Part shown: positions 36,338-46,651 of the stretch, in pieces
Layout: the number at the start of each line of letters is the position of its first letter
Numbering within the stretch: the first letter of the stretch is position 1
Translations under genes and position numbers: made by a program
Notes under the pieces: model-generated
What the model was told of the DNA's origin: nothing
The model's input: only the letters and a program-made list of their open reading frames with translations
The model's database searches: none
Virus record (IMG/VR): IMGVR_UViG_3300018432_000001
Span: 32,001-96,000 of that record
Reading direction: 5' to 3' (one strand)
Length of the DNA: 64,000 bases
Source: a virus

Positions 36338-36910
36338 TCAGGGATAGAACCGCTTCGCTGCGCGCATTGCGGCGCGCTTGCACTTCCGGGCCGCCTTCAC
36401 CTGGCGGGTATTGCGGGTCACCACGGCCTTGGTGAACGAGCCGTCAGGGTCGTAGTGCATCTCCATGACCTGCGCGTGGTCGGTGTCCTCGTCGAACAGC
36501 CAGAAGTCATGGCCCTTCTTGCGGACGCGGCTGACCCACTCTCCCGGTTCGACCCATGCGATGCGGATGTCTTCCCCGGCGGCTTTGTTCCGCTTGTACC
36601 ACTCGAACTCGAAGCGGAGGTAGTCGCCGAGGGTGAGCTTGCCGTCCTCGTCGGTGTGGCGCTCGATGATGTGGACGCGTCCGATGTCCCTACCCGCCTC
36701 CACCGCTGGGACGATCACCTCATCGATCCATGTGGTGGGACGGTCGTGAATGAGGCTCAGGTCGCCCTTGAGGAACGCCTCATAGGCCTCGTCCTCATAG
36801 GCGACGCTGTAGGAGTCCAGGGTCTCCAGGCGCCACGCCGAGTCGGTGAACGAGGTGAAGTACTTGTGGAACTGCGGATCGTCCAGGTCGAAGATCTCAG
36901 TAACGCGCAT
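36338..36910 (-). CDS. DUF6879-like protein
   Basis: SAWRLETLDSY...RVHII...YLRFE...NKAAGEDIRI...HDFWLFD. Confidence 0.8.
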   Translation of the reverse strand: MRVTEIFDLDDPQFHKYFTSFTDSAWRLETLDSYSVAYEDEAYEAFLKGDLSLIHDRPTTWIDEVIVPAVEAGRDIGRVHIIERHTDEDGKLTLGDYLRFEFEWYKRNKAAGEDIRIAWVEPGEWVSRVRKKGHDFWLFDEDTDHAQVMEMHYDPDGSFTKAVVTRNTRQVKAARKCKRAAMRAAKRFYP

Positions 36911-37739
36911 GGTAGCTCCTGACGGCGTCGGCAACGATGGTCCAGAGGTCGTCCGCATTATCGTGCATGGGGAAATGGCCTGAGTTCTCGATGCCTTGGG
37001 CGATGACGCCGAGCTCCGCGAAGCGCTCGCGGTGGTGTTCGGGGAAGCCGCTGCGCTCGCCGTAGAGGTACACGGTGTCTCTGAGGTCGCTTTCGCGCGG
37101 GTGGTTGCGCTCGTTGTCGCACCAGCCGACGACCGAGGCGGCCAGATTGACGAGGAACTGGGGTTCGCAGGAGGCGAGGTCGGCGCCCCAGCGGCGCATC
37201 GCGGCGTCGTCGTCGGCGGCGACGTCGGTGATGAACTGCTCGACGGCGTCGGTGCCTTTCGCCAGGGACCGCGACGCCAGCGAGCAGTCCTCGCCGGTGA
37301 TGTTGCCTTCGATGGAGATGAAGCGGCCTCGCCGGTGCGTGGGGAGCCCATACCAGGCGCTCAAAGCGGGGAGCACCCCCATGGAGTGGGCGACGACGTG
37401 GACACGAGTTTCGTCGGTCATGTGCGCGACGAGTTCGAGCGCACCCTGCACGCATCCCGACAGCGTCGTGATGAGGCCGCCGGAGCGGTGGCTGCGGGCG
37501 AGATGGTTTTCAGGGGAGTCGCCTTGGCCGGGCAGATCGATGCTGATCAGGGCGTGGGTGCGCAGCGCTTCATGCCGGAAGGCGCTGTCGAACCAGTTGC
37601 GGTGGCAGCCGAGGCCGGGGACGAAGACGATCGGGTCGAGGAGGTTCATCTGGCCGTAAGCGATGCGGTCAGCTGCGGGCCGGAAGCTGAAGGTGAGAGG
37701 GAACACGGTCAGGTCATGGAGGTAGTGAACGATCTTCAC
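36897..37739 (-). CDS. alpha/beta fold hydrolase
   Basis: FVPGLG, IDLPGQGDS, AHSMG nucleophile elbow, SGHFPM; start may be ATG at 37649. Confidence 0.85.
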   Translation of the reverse strand: MKIVHYLHDLTVFPLTFSFRPAADRIAYGQMNLLDPIVFVPGLGCHRNWFDSAFRHEALRTHALISIDLPGQGDSPENHLARSHRSGGLITTLSGCVQGALELVAHMTDETRVHVVAHSMGVLPALSAWYGLPTHRRGRFISIEGNITGEDCSLASRSLAKGTDAVEQFITDVAADDDAAMRRWGADLASCEPQFLVNLAASVVGWCDNERNHPRESDLRDTVYLYGERSGFPEHHRERFAELGVIAQGIENSGHFPMHDNADDLWTIVADAVRSYHARY

Positions 37740-37748
37740 GCAGACGTC

Positions 37749-38072
37749 CTATCGATGGCGCATTCGGTTGACGATCCGGGCGGGCACGCGCAGATGCCTG
37801 CCTGACCCAGGGCTGCTGCAGCAGTCCCGGTCGCTCCAGGTGCCCTTGAACAGCCGCTTGGAAGTGTTCCGGCCGCCTTTGGGGCACGGCTTCCACTTGC
37901 GGATCAGACCGTGAACGAACCAGACGATAACGAACGCGCTGACGCCGATGATGAGCGCGTTGCGCAGCTCGGGGTAGGTCGTGACAGCCCACCATAGGGC
38001 GCTCCCGAGGGCCTTGACGACCATCAGCAGAAGAGCGCCGAAGGCCCCGAGGGCATTAAGAAGGCCGTCCAT
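37749..38072 (-). CDS. membrane protein with Cys-containing basic tail
   Basis: Two TM segments then WKPCP...RDCC..PGSGRHLR. Confidence 0.65.
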   Translation of the reverse strand: MDGLLNALGAFGALLLMVVKALGSALWWAVTTYPELRNALIIGVSAFVIVWFVHGLIRKWKPCPKGGRNTSKRLFKGTWSDRDCCSSPGSGRHLRVPARIVNRMRHR

Positions 38073-38608
38073 CAGCTGGCGTTGAGGGCGCTGTTGATCT
38101 GGGTCTCGGCTTCGTTGAGGGCGCCCGCGAGCTGTGGGGCGCCTTCGGCGGCCTCGGTAACTTGGCCGAGGATGCCCATCACCATGCTCACGGCCTCGGT
38201 CTTGGCGTGCTCGGCGACGGCCTGCAGGTTCCCGAGGAACTCGGTGATGCCCTGTGCTTTCGCACTGGCGGTAACGCATTGCTCTTGAGCTTCCTGCGCA
38301 TAGGACAGGGCCTGCTGGGCGACGTCGGCGACGTGGCCGCCGACGGCTTCGGCAGTGGCCGCATGGGCCTGTGCGGCCGAAACGTGGGCTTCAGCGGCGG
38401 TGACGGTGTTGTTCGCGGCCGTGGTGACCGTGTCGCTTTGGACACCGACAGCCCCGAGGGTCTCGATGAGGGTGTTGATGGCGGCGGTGATGGTCGCGGC
38501 GGCATCGGTGAGGTGTTCAGGGATGCGGGCCATTTCCCCGGCGAGGGTCTCGGCTTCGGCTTTGGCGGTGGTGACGGTGGTGAGGTGATCGTTCGCGGCG
38601 CCGCTCAT
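38072..38608 (-). CDS. Ala/Thr-rich all-helical coiled-coil protein
   Basis: GAAAGGA RBS; amphipathic heptads. Confidence 0.7.
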   Translation of the reverse strand: MSGAANDHLTTVTTAKAEAETLAGEMARIPEHLTDAAATITAAINTLIETLGAVGVQSDTVTTAANNTVTAAEAHVSAAQAHAATAEAVGGHVADVAQQALSYAQEAQEQCVTASAKAQGITEFLGNLQAVAEHAKTEAVSMVMGILGQVTEAAEGAPQLAGALNEAETQINSALNAS

Positions 38609-38748
38609 GACGTCCTTTCAGGTACTGGGTGATTCGTGAGGATATCGCACACCAGCATGCGACCGGTTTTCGCCCGATACCAGAGACAAGTACGTTTTTG
38701 AACTAGTTCGTGGTGCATTTACTCTTTTGTCCGGTTTATGCTGTTGTG

Positions 38749-39228
38749 GTGGATGACTGGCTGACGATCGCGCTTGCCCTGGCCCTGACGGCCAGGATCA
38801 CGCGGCTGATCACGTTCGACACGATCACCCAGCCGATCCGCGATCGGCTGCCCGGACTACTCGGTGCCCTGGTGCAGTGCCCCTGGTGCTCGGGGTTCTG
38901 GGCCGCCGTCGCCGTCGCCTTCTCCTGGCACTGGTGGGCCGACCAGACCTGGTGGCAGATCAGCGCGCTCATCGGCGCGCTCTCCTGGTTCGCCGGAGCC
39001 GTCTCCAACGCCGCGATGCCCGGCCAGCATGAAGTGGCCATGGTCGGACCCGTCGCGCTGCTCAACGCCGACGAGCCGGTCCGCGAGACCGTCGAGCGCG
39101 TCGAGACGACCAACGAGATCCACATCGACACGCGCGAGGAAGCCGATCCCGAGGAGATCGCCCGGATCGTCGTCGATGCCTTGCAGCGCGCCAAGTGGGG
39201 CCCGAACAAGGCGGGCGGGTCTGACTGA
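38749..39228 (+). CDS. DUF1360-like membrane protein
   Basis: ARITRLITFDTITQPIR...LVQCPWCSGFW; precedes portal. Confidence 0.8.
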   Translation: MDDWLTIALALALTARITRLITFDTITQPIRDRLPGLLGALVQCPWCSGFWAAVAVAFSWHWWADQTWWQISALIGALSWFAGAVSNAAMPGQHEVAMVGPVALLNADEPVRETVERVETTNEIHIDTREEADPEEIARIVVDALQRAKWGPNKAGGSD

Positions 39229-40967
39229 TGGGGTTCGGCTCGCAGCTCAAAAGCCTGACCGCCGCTATGTTTCGCGGCCAACCGGCCGGTGTTCCCACCG
39301 GCCGCATCGGCATGGGCTCGTACGCGCTGCAGGGCGCCACCGCCGAATGGCAGGCCGAAGCCGCTGAGCTGTACAACGTCGTCCCCGAGCTGCGCTACGG
39401 CATCTACTGGATCGCTTCCTCGGCCTCCCGCGCGACGCTCACCGTCGCCAAGAAGCCTACCGGCGAGCAGACCACCCCCGAGACCGTTTCCCGTGACAAC
39501 CCGGCGTGGGAGCCGCTCAACGAACTCGCGCCTACCGCCCCCGAGCAGGCGATGCTCATCTACCGCATCGTCACGCTCATGAAGCTCCTCGGGCGGTGGC
39601 GGCTCGTGGGCTTCGATACCGACGAGGGCAAGCGCCAATGGGTCGTCACCTCCGAATACGACTACAACGAATCGGGCAACGGCGTCAGCGTCCACGACGC
39701 CTCCAGCGGCGTCAACTACACCCTCAGCCGCGACCAGGTGTGGTCGATCCCGATGCTCATGCCCCACCCCATCCGCTCCTCCGAGCCCGACGCCCCCACC
39801 CGCGCGCTCATCCCCACCCTCCACGAACTCATCGACCTGTCCGGACACGTCCAGACCGCTGCCAAATCGCGCCTGGCCGGTGCGGGCCTGCTCCTCATTC
39901 CCAACCAGGTCTCCACCGTCGCCCCCGGCCAGTCCAGCGGCGTCAACCCACCCGATGGCGACCCGGCGATGAACGCGCTCATGCGCACCGCCCAGGCCAG
40001 CCTGCGCTCCCCCACCGACGTTTCCCGCCACCTGCCGGTCATTTTCAAAGGCCAGCAGGAAGCCCTCAACGCCGTCCGACACCTCAGCCTCCAAACCCCC
40101 TTCGACGAACGCGTCGACTCCCTGCGCACGTCAGCGGTGCGGCGCATTGCGATCGGCCTCGACCTCCCTGCCGAGGTCCTCAGTGGACTTGGTGATCTGA
40201 ATCACTGGACAGCGTGGGCTGTGGAGGCCTCCGGCCAGCGCGTGAACATCGAGCCCACCCTCAACTTCGTGTGCAGGGAACTGACGACGAAGTTCCTGCA
40301 GCCCGCACTCAAGGCCATGGGCCTGCCCGACGCCGACCAGTACATGGTCTCGTTCGACCCGGCCGGGGCCCAGTCCGAGGCGAACAAGGGCGACTTGGCG
40401 CTGGCGGCCTATGAGCTAGGCGTCATCTCGGCCGACGCGGCGCGTAGCGCCTTGGGCTACGGCTCGGAGGACGCGCCGCAGCCCGGGTCGGTGCCGCCGG
40501 TGCAGATGGGCGTTCCCGGTGAGCGGGAAGGGGGCCTGGTCCCCAGTGCCATGGACCGCCTTGCCGACCGGCTGCGCGACCAGACCAACCGTGCCGGTCC
40601 TGCTTCGGGGACGCAGTCGCAGGTGGGTCTCGAATCGCTGGCAGCGGACGCCGGATGGGCGGCCTGCGCCGACATCGGGGCGAGGCGCGCGCTGCGCCGG
40701 TGCGGGCAGTACCTCCTGGGATCTTCGCGGGCGCTGCGCGGCCGGTACCGCGATACGCCCTTGGAGGCGATGCACACCCAGATCCGCGCTGAGCCCGACA
40801 CGGTCGCCTCTGCGCTGCGGGACGGGTTCGCCGAATTGGCCGAGGCCGCGCCGCAGTTGGTCGACCCCGTAGCCAGCTATGTCCGCTTTAGGATAGAAAC
40901 AGGTACTAAGCACGATAAGTCCGAAATGTGCAGGTATCTTCTAGAAGAGGCGACCACGAGGGGGTAG
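39228..40967 (+). CDS. portal protein
   Basis: WQAEA..LY..VPELRY, SRLAGAGLLLIP, RRIAIGLDLPAEVL.G....NHW.AW as in cluster-B-like portals. Confidence 0.85.
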   Translation: MGFGSQLKSLTAAMFRGQPAGVPTGRIGMGSYALQGATAEWQAEAAELYNVVPELRYGIYWIASSASRATLTVAKKPTGEQTTPETVSRDNPAWEPLNELAPTAPEQAMLIYRIVTLMKLLGRWRLVGFDTDEGKRQWVVTSEYDYNESGNGVSVHDASSGVNYTLSRDQVWSIPMLMPHPIRSSEPDAPTRALIPTLHELIDLSGHVQTAAKSRLAGAGLLLIPNQVSTVAPGQSSGVNPPDGDPAMNALMRTAQASLRSPTDVSRHLPVIFKGQQEALNAVRHLSLQTPFDERVDSLRTSAVRRIAIGLDLPAEVLSGLGDLNHWTAWAVEASGQRVNIEPTLNFVCRELTTKFLQPALKAMGLPDADQYMVSFDPAGAQSEANKGDLALAAYELGVISADAARSALGYGSEDAPQPGSVPPVQMGVPGEREGGLVPSAMDRLADRLRDQTNRAGPASGTQSQVGLESLAADAGWAACADIGARRALRRCGQYLLGSSRALRGRYRDTPLEAMHTQIRAEPDTVASALRDGFAELAEAAPQLVDPVASYVRFRIETGTKHDKSEMCRYLLEEATTRG

Positions 40968-40973
40968 GGCGCG

Positions 40974-42692
40974 ATGCCAGTAACCGTGAACACTGACCTG
41001 CCGCTTCACCCTGAACGCGATACCGCCTGGGATGGCGATGCCGCTCGTGCGGCAATGGCGCGCCGCTGCTCCTCTGAAGACGGCGTCATGGCCGACTGCA
41101 TGGGGCCGGGATTCGTATGGCGCGACGGCGAGGCCGACGCCTCCACCATCGGCGCCTATTCGCTGCCGGTCGCCGACGTGTTCTCCGGCGACCTCCATCT
41201 GGTCCTTTCCGGTGTGCAGGCGGCGGCCAACGCCATCTCCCCGGCCCGGGAACCCGGCGGACCGCGCGCCATGAGCGGCTCCGAATCGGAGCTGTCTTCC
41301 ATGCGCAGCGCTGTGGAGACCATCCTGCGCCGTTTCGCACGCGAATTCGACGACGACACCATCCGCGCCCCCTGGGAAGAAGAGCCCGAGTCCGAACGCG
41401 CCTCGGCCGCCGCGCCGGTGGCCGCCGCCGGATGCTGCGGCGGCTGCGGGTGCTCCGACACCAAGACCACTGACAACACCGAGGCCGAGCGGCCCGAACC
41501 GAAGCAGGAGGGGGAGGCTGCCATGTCCGACATCGCCAGCGTCCAGAACATCGAGTTGGGGCGTCCCCGCAGCCGCGTCATTCGCGCCTCGGCCACCGGC
41601 GGTGAATGGCGTCCGCCCGTCGACCACTTCGCCAACCCGCACCTGAACGAACCGACCAAGTTGACCGTCACCGCCGACGGCCGGGTCTACGGCCACCTCG
41701 CCACCTGGGACCAGCCGCACATCGGCTACGACGGCAAACTGGTCTACCCGCCGCGCAACCGCGACGGCGCATACGGCTACTTCCGCCAGTCGCAGGTCGT
41801 CACCGCCGACGGCTCTGTCGTCCCGGTCGGCATCCTCACCATGAACACCGGTCACGCCGACGAGTCGCTCTCGGCTGACGCCGCCGCCGCGCACTACGAC
41901 AACACCGGCACGATGATGGCCGCCTGCAACGTCGGCGAGGACTCGATCGGCATCTGGCTGGCCGGATCGATGCTGCCCGACGTGTCCCCGGAACTGCGCA
42001 ACCGCTTCAGCCTGGCGCGCGTCTCCGGCGACTGGCGCCAGCCCAAGCCCGGTGCGCCGCTGGAGCTCATCGCCGCCTTGTCGGTGCCCAACCCGGGATT
42101 CCCCGTGCGGCAGAACGCCGAGCTTCTGGCCTCTGACCGGCTGACGCTGGCCGCTTCGGGCCTGGTCAAAGCCGAAGCGGGCGAGATCCGCACCTTCATC
42201 TGCGCGGGCGCCAGCGTCGTCGACGAGGCCCAGCAGGCCGCGCTCACCGACGCCGTCCGCACCGCGATCGGCCCCGACTTCATCGGGCAGGTCAAGGACG
42301 CCGTCATCGAAGCGCTCAAGTCGCAGGCCGACCTCGCTGCGAAGGCACCGGAGCCTGTGGTTTCGGGTCCTCCAGAAGCACCGGCGCCCGAAAGCCCTGC
42401 CGAGCCTGCGGCCGAAGCGGCCACCGAGGCCCCTGCCGACGAAGAACTGCCCGGCCAGGACCCGCTTCCCATGCCCGACCCCGCTCCCGCCGAGGCCGCT
42501 CCGGCGGCCACCGACGCGGGCGGTGCCGGTGCACTTCCTGCCGTGGACTCTGCCGCCGCACCGGCACCGCCCGTCCCAGTCGAAGCCGCACAGGTCGCCG
42601 CCAGCGCCCTGGCCAAGCACCTGCTGCAGTACCGGTCGACCACGGCCCGGCAGAAGCTGCTCGCCGCTGCGGGTCGCGGAAAAAAAGCCTGA
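40974..42692 (+). CDS. capsid maturation protease (with extra N-domain and P/A/E-rich tail)
   Basis: GRVYGHLATW, GIWLAG, VSGDWR, LELIAALSVPNPGFP; lies between portal and capsid. Confidence 0.75.
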   Translation: MPVTVNTDLPLHPERDTAWDGDAARAAMARRCSSEDGVMADCMGPGFVWRDGEADASTIGAYSLPVADVFSGDLHLVLSGVQAAANAISPAREPGGPRAMSGSESELSSMRSAVETILRRFAREFDDDTIRAPWEEEPESERASAAAPVAAAGCCGGCGCSDTKTTDNTEAERPEPKQEGEAAMSDIASVQNIELGRPRSRVIRASATGGEWRPPVDHFANPHLNEPTKLTVTADGRVYGHLATWDQPHIGYDGKLVYPPRNRDGAYGYFRQSQVVTADGSVVPVGILTMNTGHADESLSADAAAAHYDNTGTMMAACNVGEDSIGIWLAGSMLPDVSPELRNRFSLARVSGDWRQPKPGAPLELIAALSVPNPGFPVRQNAELLASDRLTLAASGLVKAEAGEIRTFICAGASVVDEAQQAALTDAVRTAIGPDFIGQVKDAVIEALKSQADLAAKAPEPVVSGPPEAPAPESPAEPAAEAATEAPADEELPGQDPLPMPDPAPAEAAPAATDAGGAGALPAVDSAAAPAPPVPVEAAQVAASALAKHLLQYRSTTARQKLLAAAGRGKKA

Positions 42693-42715
42693 CCGCCGCC
42701 CCACCGCCCAGCGCG

Positions 42716-43018
42716 GTGGGGTGGGTCGATCTCCCCGGTGAACGCAACTGGGTTGACCGATCCGGCGGTACCCAGTCGGACCTCAAGGCCGTCGCCTTGC
42801 ACCTGATGGCGAAGGGCATGTCGCAGTCGCATGCGATCGCCGTGGCCACGAACGTCATCCGGCGCTGGTGCCGGGGCGGTGCTTCCGGCAACCCCGGCGA
42901 CAACCTCAACTGGCCCGGCAGGCAGCAGGCCACGTTGAAAACTCGGGTCAAAGGGTGCAAAGCGGTTCTCGAATACAACGCCAAGCGAGCGCTGGCCAAG
43001 GCGCGCTCGGCCGCCTAG
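42716..43018 (+). CDS. conserved head-module protein
   Basis: NWVDRSGG...SHAIAVA.N.IRRW. Confidence 0.65.
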   Translation: MGWVDLPGERNWVDRSGGTQSDLKAVALHLMAKGMSQSHAIAVATNVIRRWCRGGASGNPGDNLNWPGRQQATLKTRVKGCKAVLEYNAKRALAKARSAA

Positions 43019-43042
43019 CGGCACGAAAGAGGGGACGAAGTC

Positions 43043-43228
43043 GTGGGGTGTGGCTGTCAGAAGAACGCCGCCGGTGGTTGGAAGTCGAACCGGACGCGGT
43101 GGCAGGTCGTGACCCCTTCGGGTGCACGGGTGACGTATGGACGTCGTGAGGATGCGGTGCGGCATGCGCAGATCCACAATGGCACCGTCGAAGAGATTCG
43201 TCCCGGTATGACCCTTAAGAAGGCTTAG
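43043..43228 (+). CDS. small MGCGC-type basic virion-module protein
   Basis: MGCGCQKN...WQVVTPSG; GAGGGG RBS. Confidence 0.65.
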   Translation: MGCGCQKNAAGGWKSNRTRWQVVTPSGARVTYGRREDAVRHAQIHNGTVEEIRPGMTLKKA

Positions 43229-43384
43229 TACACTTTCGCGAGCTAAATGTCTGATTTACCGTTTGCTGTGGTAATGTCCGTTTTATCCAGTGTCTGGGGT
43301 GTGGGTGACCAGGCACTGAACGGACCGCTGGCGTGAGGGCCGGGGACGACAGCGACGCGCCCACTCCACATCCGGAGATACGAC

Positions 43385-45136
43385 ATGACGCTCGACGAAC
43401 TCATCGAGGCGCTGAACGGTCTCGATGCCGAGGAGCGGCTCGCGCGAATCGAGCAGCTCGTCGGCGAAGTCTCTGAAGACGACCTGGCCGCCATCCGCGA
43501 CGCCGCCATCGAAGCCGCGCAGGCCTACATCGACGAAGTTCCCAGCGACGAGGCATCGATCGCCCGCGCTGAGGCCCTCGCCGTGATCCTCGACGCGATC
43601 GACCGGCGCACCGGCGATGCCGAGACCGCAACCGAAGCCACCGAAGCCGAGGAAGCCGACCTCGAAGCCACAGCCGCTCGTGCGGCCTCGGCCGAAGAGG
43701 TGGCCGAGCCCGCCCGCGAAGGCGAACTCGTCGCCGCTGATGGAGCTCCGCAGACCCAGAAGGCGAGTAATCAGATGCCGATCCCGCTGGCCCAGGCTGC
43801 CTCCGTCGCCCCGACGCAGGTGACCGCAGGCGAACGCACCGACCGTGTGAAACACACCGTCGTGGCCGCAGGCGATCTTCCCGACTATCGCGGGGGCACC
43901 GAGCTGCCGGACACCAAGGCGATCGCCGCCGCTGTCCAGGCCGGTATGACCGTCGTCTCCCGCTCCCAGGCCCCGGGCGTGCGCCAGGGCCTGTGCTCCA
44001 TCAAGCGCGAGGCACCCGACCACCTCAACTACACCGGAGCCAGCGACTGGCTCAAGGTCGACGAGGTCACCAACCAGAAGAACCTCCCGGGCAAGTCGCT
44101 CGTCGCCGCTGGCGGATGGTGCGCCCCCTCCGAGGTGCTTTACGACGTTTGTCCAATTCCTGTCTCTAGGGACGGAATGGTCGATTTGCCGACCATCACC
44201 GCGACGCGCGGCGGCGTCAAGTACTCGCGTCGGCCCGACTTCGCCCCGTTCTGGTCCCTTGTGGGCTTCGAACAGACGGAAACGGACGCTATCGCCGGAG
44301 TTGAGAAGCCTTGCTTCGAAATTCCGTGTCCTGATGATTTGTCCGAATGCCGGATGGACATCGAGGGCATCTGCCTCATCCAGCCGCTGCTCACCGAGCG
44401 CGGCTGGCCGGAGAAAGTCGAGGAATTCGTCGAGTACGCGATGCTTGCGCACGCGCACCGCATCAACGCCCGGCGCATCGAGCGCATGGTCGACATGGCC
44501 ACCTGGGCCATCACCGTTCCCGGCCCCGTCCGCAGTCCCGCCGACAACACGCTGCCCTCCACGGGCTACACCGTCGATGACCACGGCCCGGGTGCGTTCG
44601 AATCGCTTCTGAGCGTGCTCGAACTGCAGGTCGAGTTCTTCCGCTACTCCATGCGCCTGAGCCGCACCGCGCTGCTCGAAGGCATGGCGCCGTACTGGTT
44701 GCGGGGCCTGCTCCGTGCCGACATCTCCAAGAAATTGGGGATCGACAACCGCTGGGGCATCGCCACCGACGAGATCCTCGACCGGTGGTTCGCCGACCGA
44801 GGTGTCCGAATTCAGTGGGTTTACGACTGGCAGGACAGTATGTCCGAGCAGGACCCCGCTGCGTTCGGTGGTACGCCTCCGACCAAATGGCCGGAAGAGG
44901 TGTCGATCCTCCTGTGGGAGCCGGGCACGTACTTTGCCCTGCAGCAGGACGTCATCAACCTCACTGGGGTGTATGACCGAATCGACCTGCAGCGCAACAT
45001 CTACACCCGTCTGTTCACCGAAGAGGGATTCGCGGTGTGTGCCCGTTGCGGGCGTTCCATGCTCATCACCATTCCTCTGTGCCCGAACGGACTTTCCGGC
45101 TCGCAGGAGCTCACCGTCTGCTCGACGACCGCGTAA
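43385..45136 (+). CDS. major capsid (hexamer) protein with N-terminal scaffold-like region
   Basis: LVAAGGWCAPSEVLYD, KPCFEIPCP, IQWVYDWQ, LFTEEG as in Rosebush-type capsids. Confidence 0.9.
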   Translation: MTLDELIEALNGLDAEERLARIEQLVGEVSEDDLAAIRDAAIEAAQAYIDEVPSDEASIARAEALAVILDAIDRRTGDAETATEATEAEEADLEATAARAASAEEVAEPAREGELVAADGAPQTQKASNQMPIPLAQAASVAPTQVTAGERTDRVKHTVVAAGDLPDYRGGTELPDTKAIAAAVQAGMTVVSRSQAPGVRQGLCSIKREAPDHLNYTGASDWLKVDEVTNQKNLPGKSLVAAGGWCAPSEVLYDVCPIPVSRDGMVDLPTITATRGGVKYSRRPDFAPFWSLVGFEQTETDAIAGVEKPCFEIPCPDDLSECRMDIEGICLIQPLLTERGWPEKVEEFVEYAMLAHAHRINARRIERMVDMATWAITVPGPVRSPADNTLPSTGYTVDDHGPGAFESLLSVLELQVEFFRYSMRLSRTALLEGMAPYWLRGLLRADISKKLGIDNRWGIATDEILDRWFADRGVRIQWVYDWQDSMSEQDPAAFGGTPPTKWPEEVSILLWEPGTYFALQQDVINLTGVYDRIDLQRNIYTRLFTEEGFAVCARCGRSMLITIPLCPNGLSGSQELTVCSTTA

Positions 45137-45151
45137 GGAAGCCGTAACTCG

Positions 45152-46588
45152 ATGCTCAGGTTCCGAGTCGATCCGCCAGCTGTACGGCGCGCGCCGTACG
45201 GCCTGCTCGACGTGGCCGAGGTCGTCGAGCGCGACGACGCGCACTGGCGCACGGGCATCGAGTACGACACGTTCGCCTGCTCGACGGCGAAGTTGTGGGG
45301 GGCCTGGTGTACCGCCGCCGGTACACCAGCGACCCTCCCCGATGCCCGCACCATCGCGATCGCGCTCACCGGCCAGCTGACCGACGGGCGCTACTCGATG
45401 CTGGGCGCCGCCGGAGACAACGAAGGCCCCCGGCAGCTGTCGTTCACCTACTACGACGACGGCGTCCCCACCGAGACGGTGTACACCACGGGCACCGCGC
45501 CGGTGGAGATCGCCGCCGACGACGAGCCACTCAACGGGCACCTCGTCGTCACCGACATCCTCACCGGGCTCCATGTCGAATGGAACATCGTCCAGGACGC
45601 CACTACCGGCGCGATCACGAACCCGGGCGAAGACGCGATCCTGTTCCGCGTACCGCAGATGGCCATCCCCGAGGGGTGCGACTCCATCACCACGACCTTC
45701 ACGGCCGTGGATGCCGACCCCGGGGAGGGCGTCGCTTTCACGGTCACGTCGGTCGGGACCGGCGACCTGGGCGAGCGCGTAGTGATCATCGCCGGTCACC
45801 AGCTCGTCATCGCCGCCGGGGACGCCGAGGGGGCGCTGGTCATCGAGACCGGCGTCGGCGTGGGCACCTGGCCGATCTCGATCCGCGACGCCCTGTCCGG
45901 GTCGTTCGTGTCCGGGTGGATCTACATCGATGCGGCCCTCGACGGGACCGCTGTGCTGATTCAGGCCACGTGCCCGGTCAAGGAGATCCGCAGCGCTCCG
46001 TGGTCGACCTTGTTCGCTCCTGCGTGGACGATCTACTCCGAGGTCGAGTGCCAGTCGATGGCGTTCGATGACGCCGCCGAGGCGGCCAGCGACGTACTGG
46101 AGCTGGCGCAGCACAAGGCCATCGAAGCAGCGTGGTGGGATCTCGCGTTCGCTCGCGCCCGTTTCATCGGTGCGGGCCTCATGGTGACTGAAGCGATCGC
46201 GGAGCTGGAGCACTACATCGCGACCAACTACTCGGGGCTGGGCATGATCCACATCCCGGTGTACATGGCCGCGTGGATGGGGCTGGGCACCGAGGGCGCG
46301 TGGATCACCGTCGGCGCCGAGCAGGCGGACGGCGGGGAGCTGCGGACGACGCGCGGCACGCCGATCGTCATCGGTTCGGGATACCCGCGCACAGCGGGCG
46401 AAACCGGCACGGGCACCGCCATCATGGCGACCGGCGCCGTCCGGCTCTACATGTCCGGTGTGGAGGCCATTGAGACCTTTGACCGGCGCACCAACCTGCG
46501 TTCGGCCGTGGCGGAACGGACTATCGCCGCCGCTGACGACTGCCTGGAACCGGCGGTCGTCTATGTCGATCCGGCGGCTTCCCCATGA
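45152..46588 (+). CDS. major capsid pentamer-like protein with large beta-rich insertion
   Basis: PP..RRAPYGLL...HWRTG; IAELE...MIH; TTRGTPIVIGSGYP; ATGAV; AVAERT. Confidence 0.7.
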   Translation: MLRFRVDPPAVRRAPYGLLDVAEVVERDDAHWRTGIEYDTFACSTAKLWGAWCTAAGTPATLPDARTIAIALTGQLTDGRYSMLGAAGDNEGPRQLSFTYYDDGVPTETVYTTGTAPVEIAADDEPLNGHLVVTDILTGLHVEWNIVQDATTGAITNPGEDAILFRVPQMAIPEGCDSITTTFTAVDADPGEGVAFTVTSVGTGDLGERVVIIAGHQLVIAAGDAEGALVIETGVGVGTWPISIRDALSGSFVSGWIYIDAALDGTAVLIQATCPVKEIRSAPWSTLFAPAWTIYSEVECQSMAFDDAAEAASDVLELAQHKAIEAAWWDLAFARARFIGAGLMVTEAIAELEHYIATNYSGLGMIHIPVYMAAWMGLGTEGAWITVGAEQADGGELRTTRGTPIVIGSGYPRTAGETGTGTAIMATGAVRLYMSGVEAIETFDRRTNLRSAVAERTIAAADDCLEPAVVYVDPAASP

Positions 46589-46651
46589 CCATCGATGTCC
46601 GATTTATCCATGTAAGCACCGCTTTGACGGTGTTCAGCGGGGAGGGCCGAC

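Noticed and set aside
38072-38608. WXG100/type VII secretion substrate
   Set aside because: Helical, but lacks a WxG motif and is too long; no support beyond composition.
43283-46252. 989-aa minus-strand ORF and other long antisense ORFs (38736-40094, 53832-55322, 60767-62791, most plus-strand ORFs in 1-23 kb)
   Set aside because: Shadow frames of high-GC coding sequence opposite well-supported genes; no RBS or motifs.
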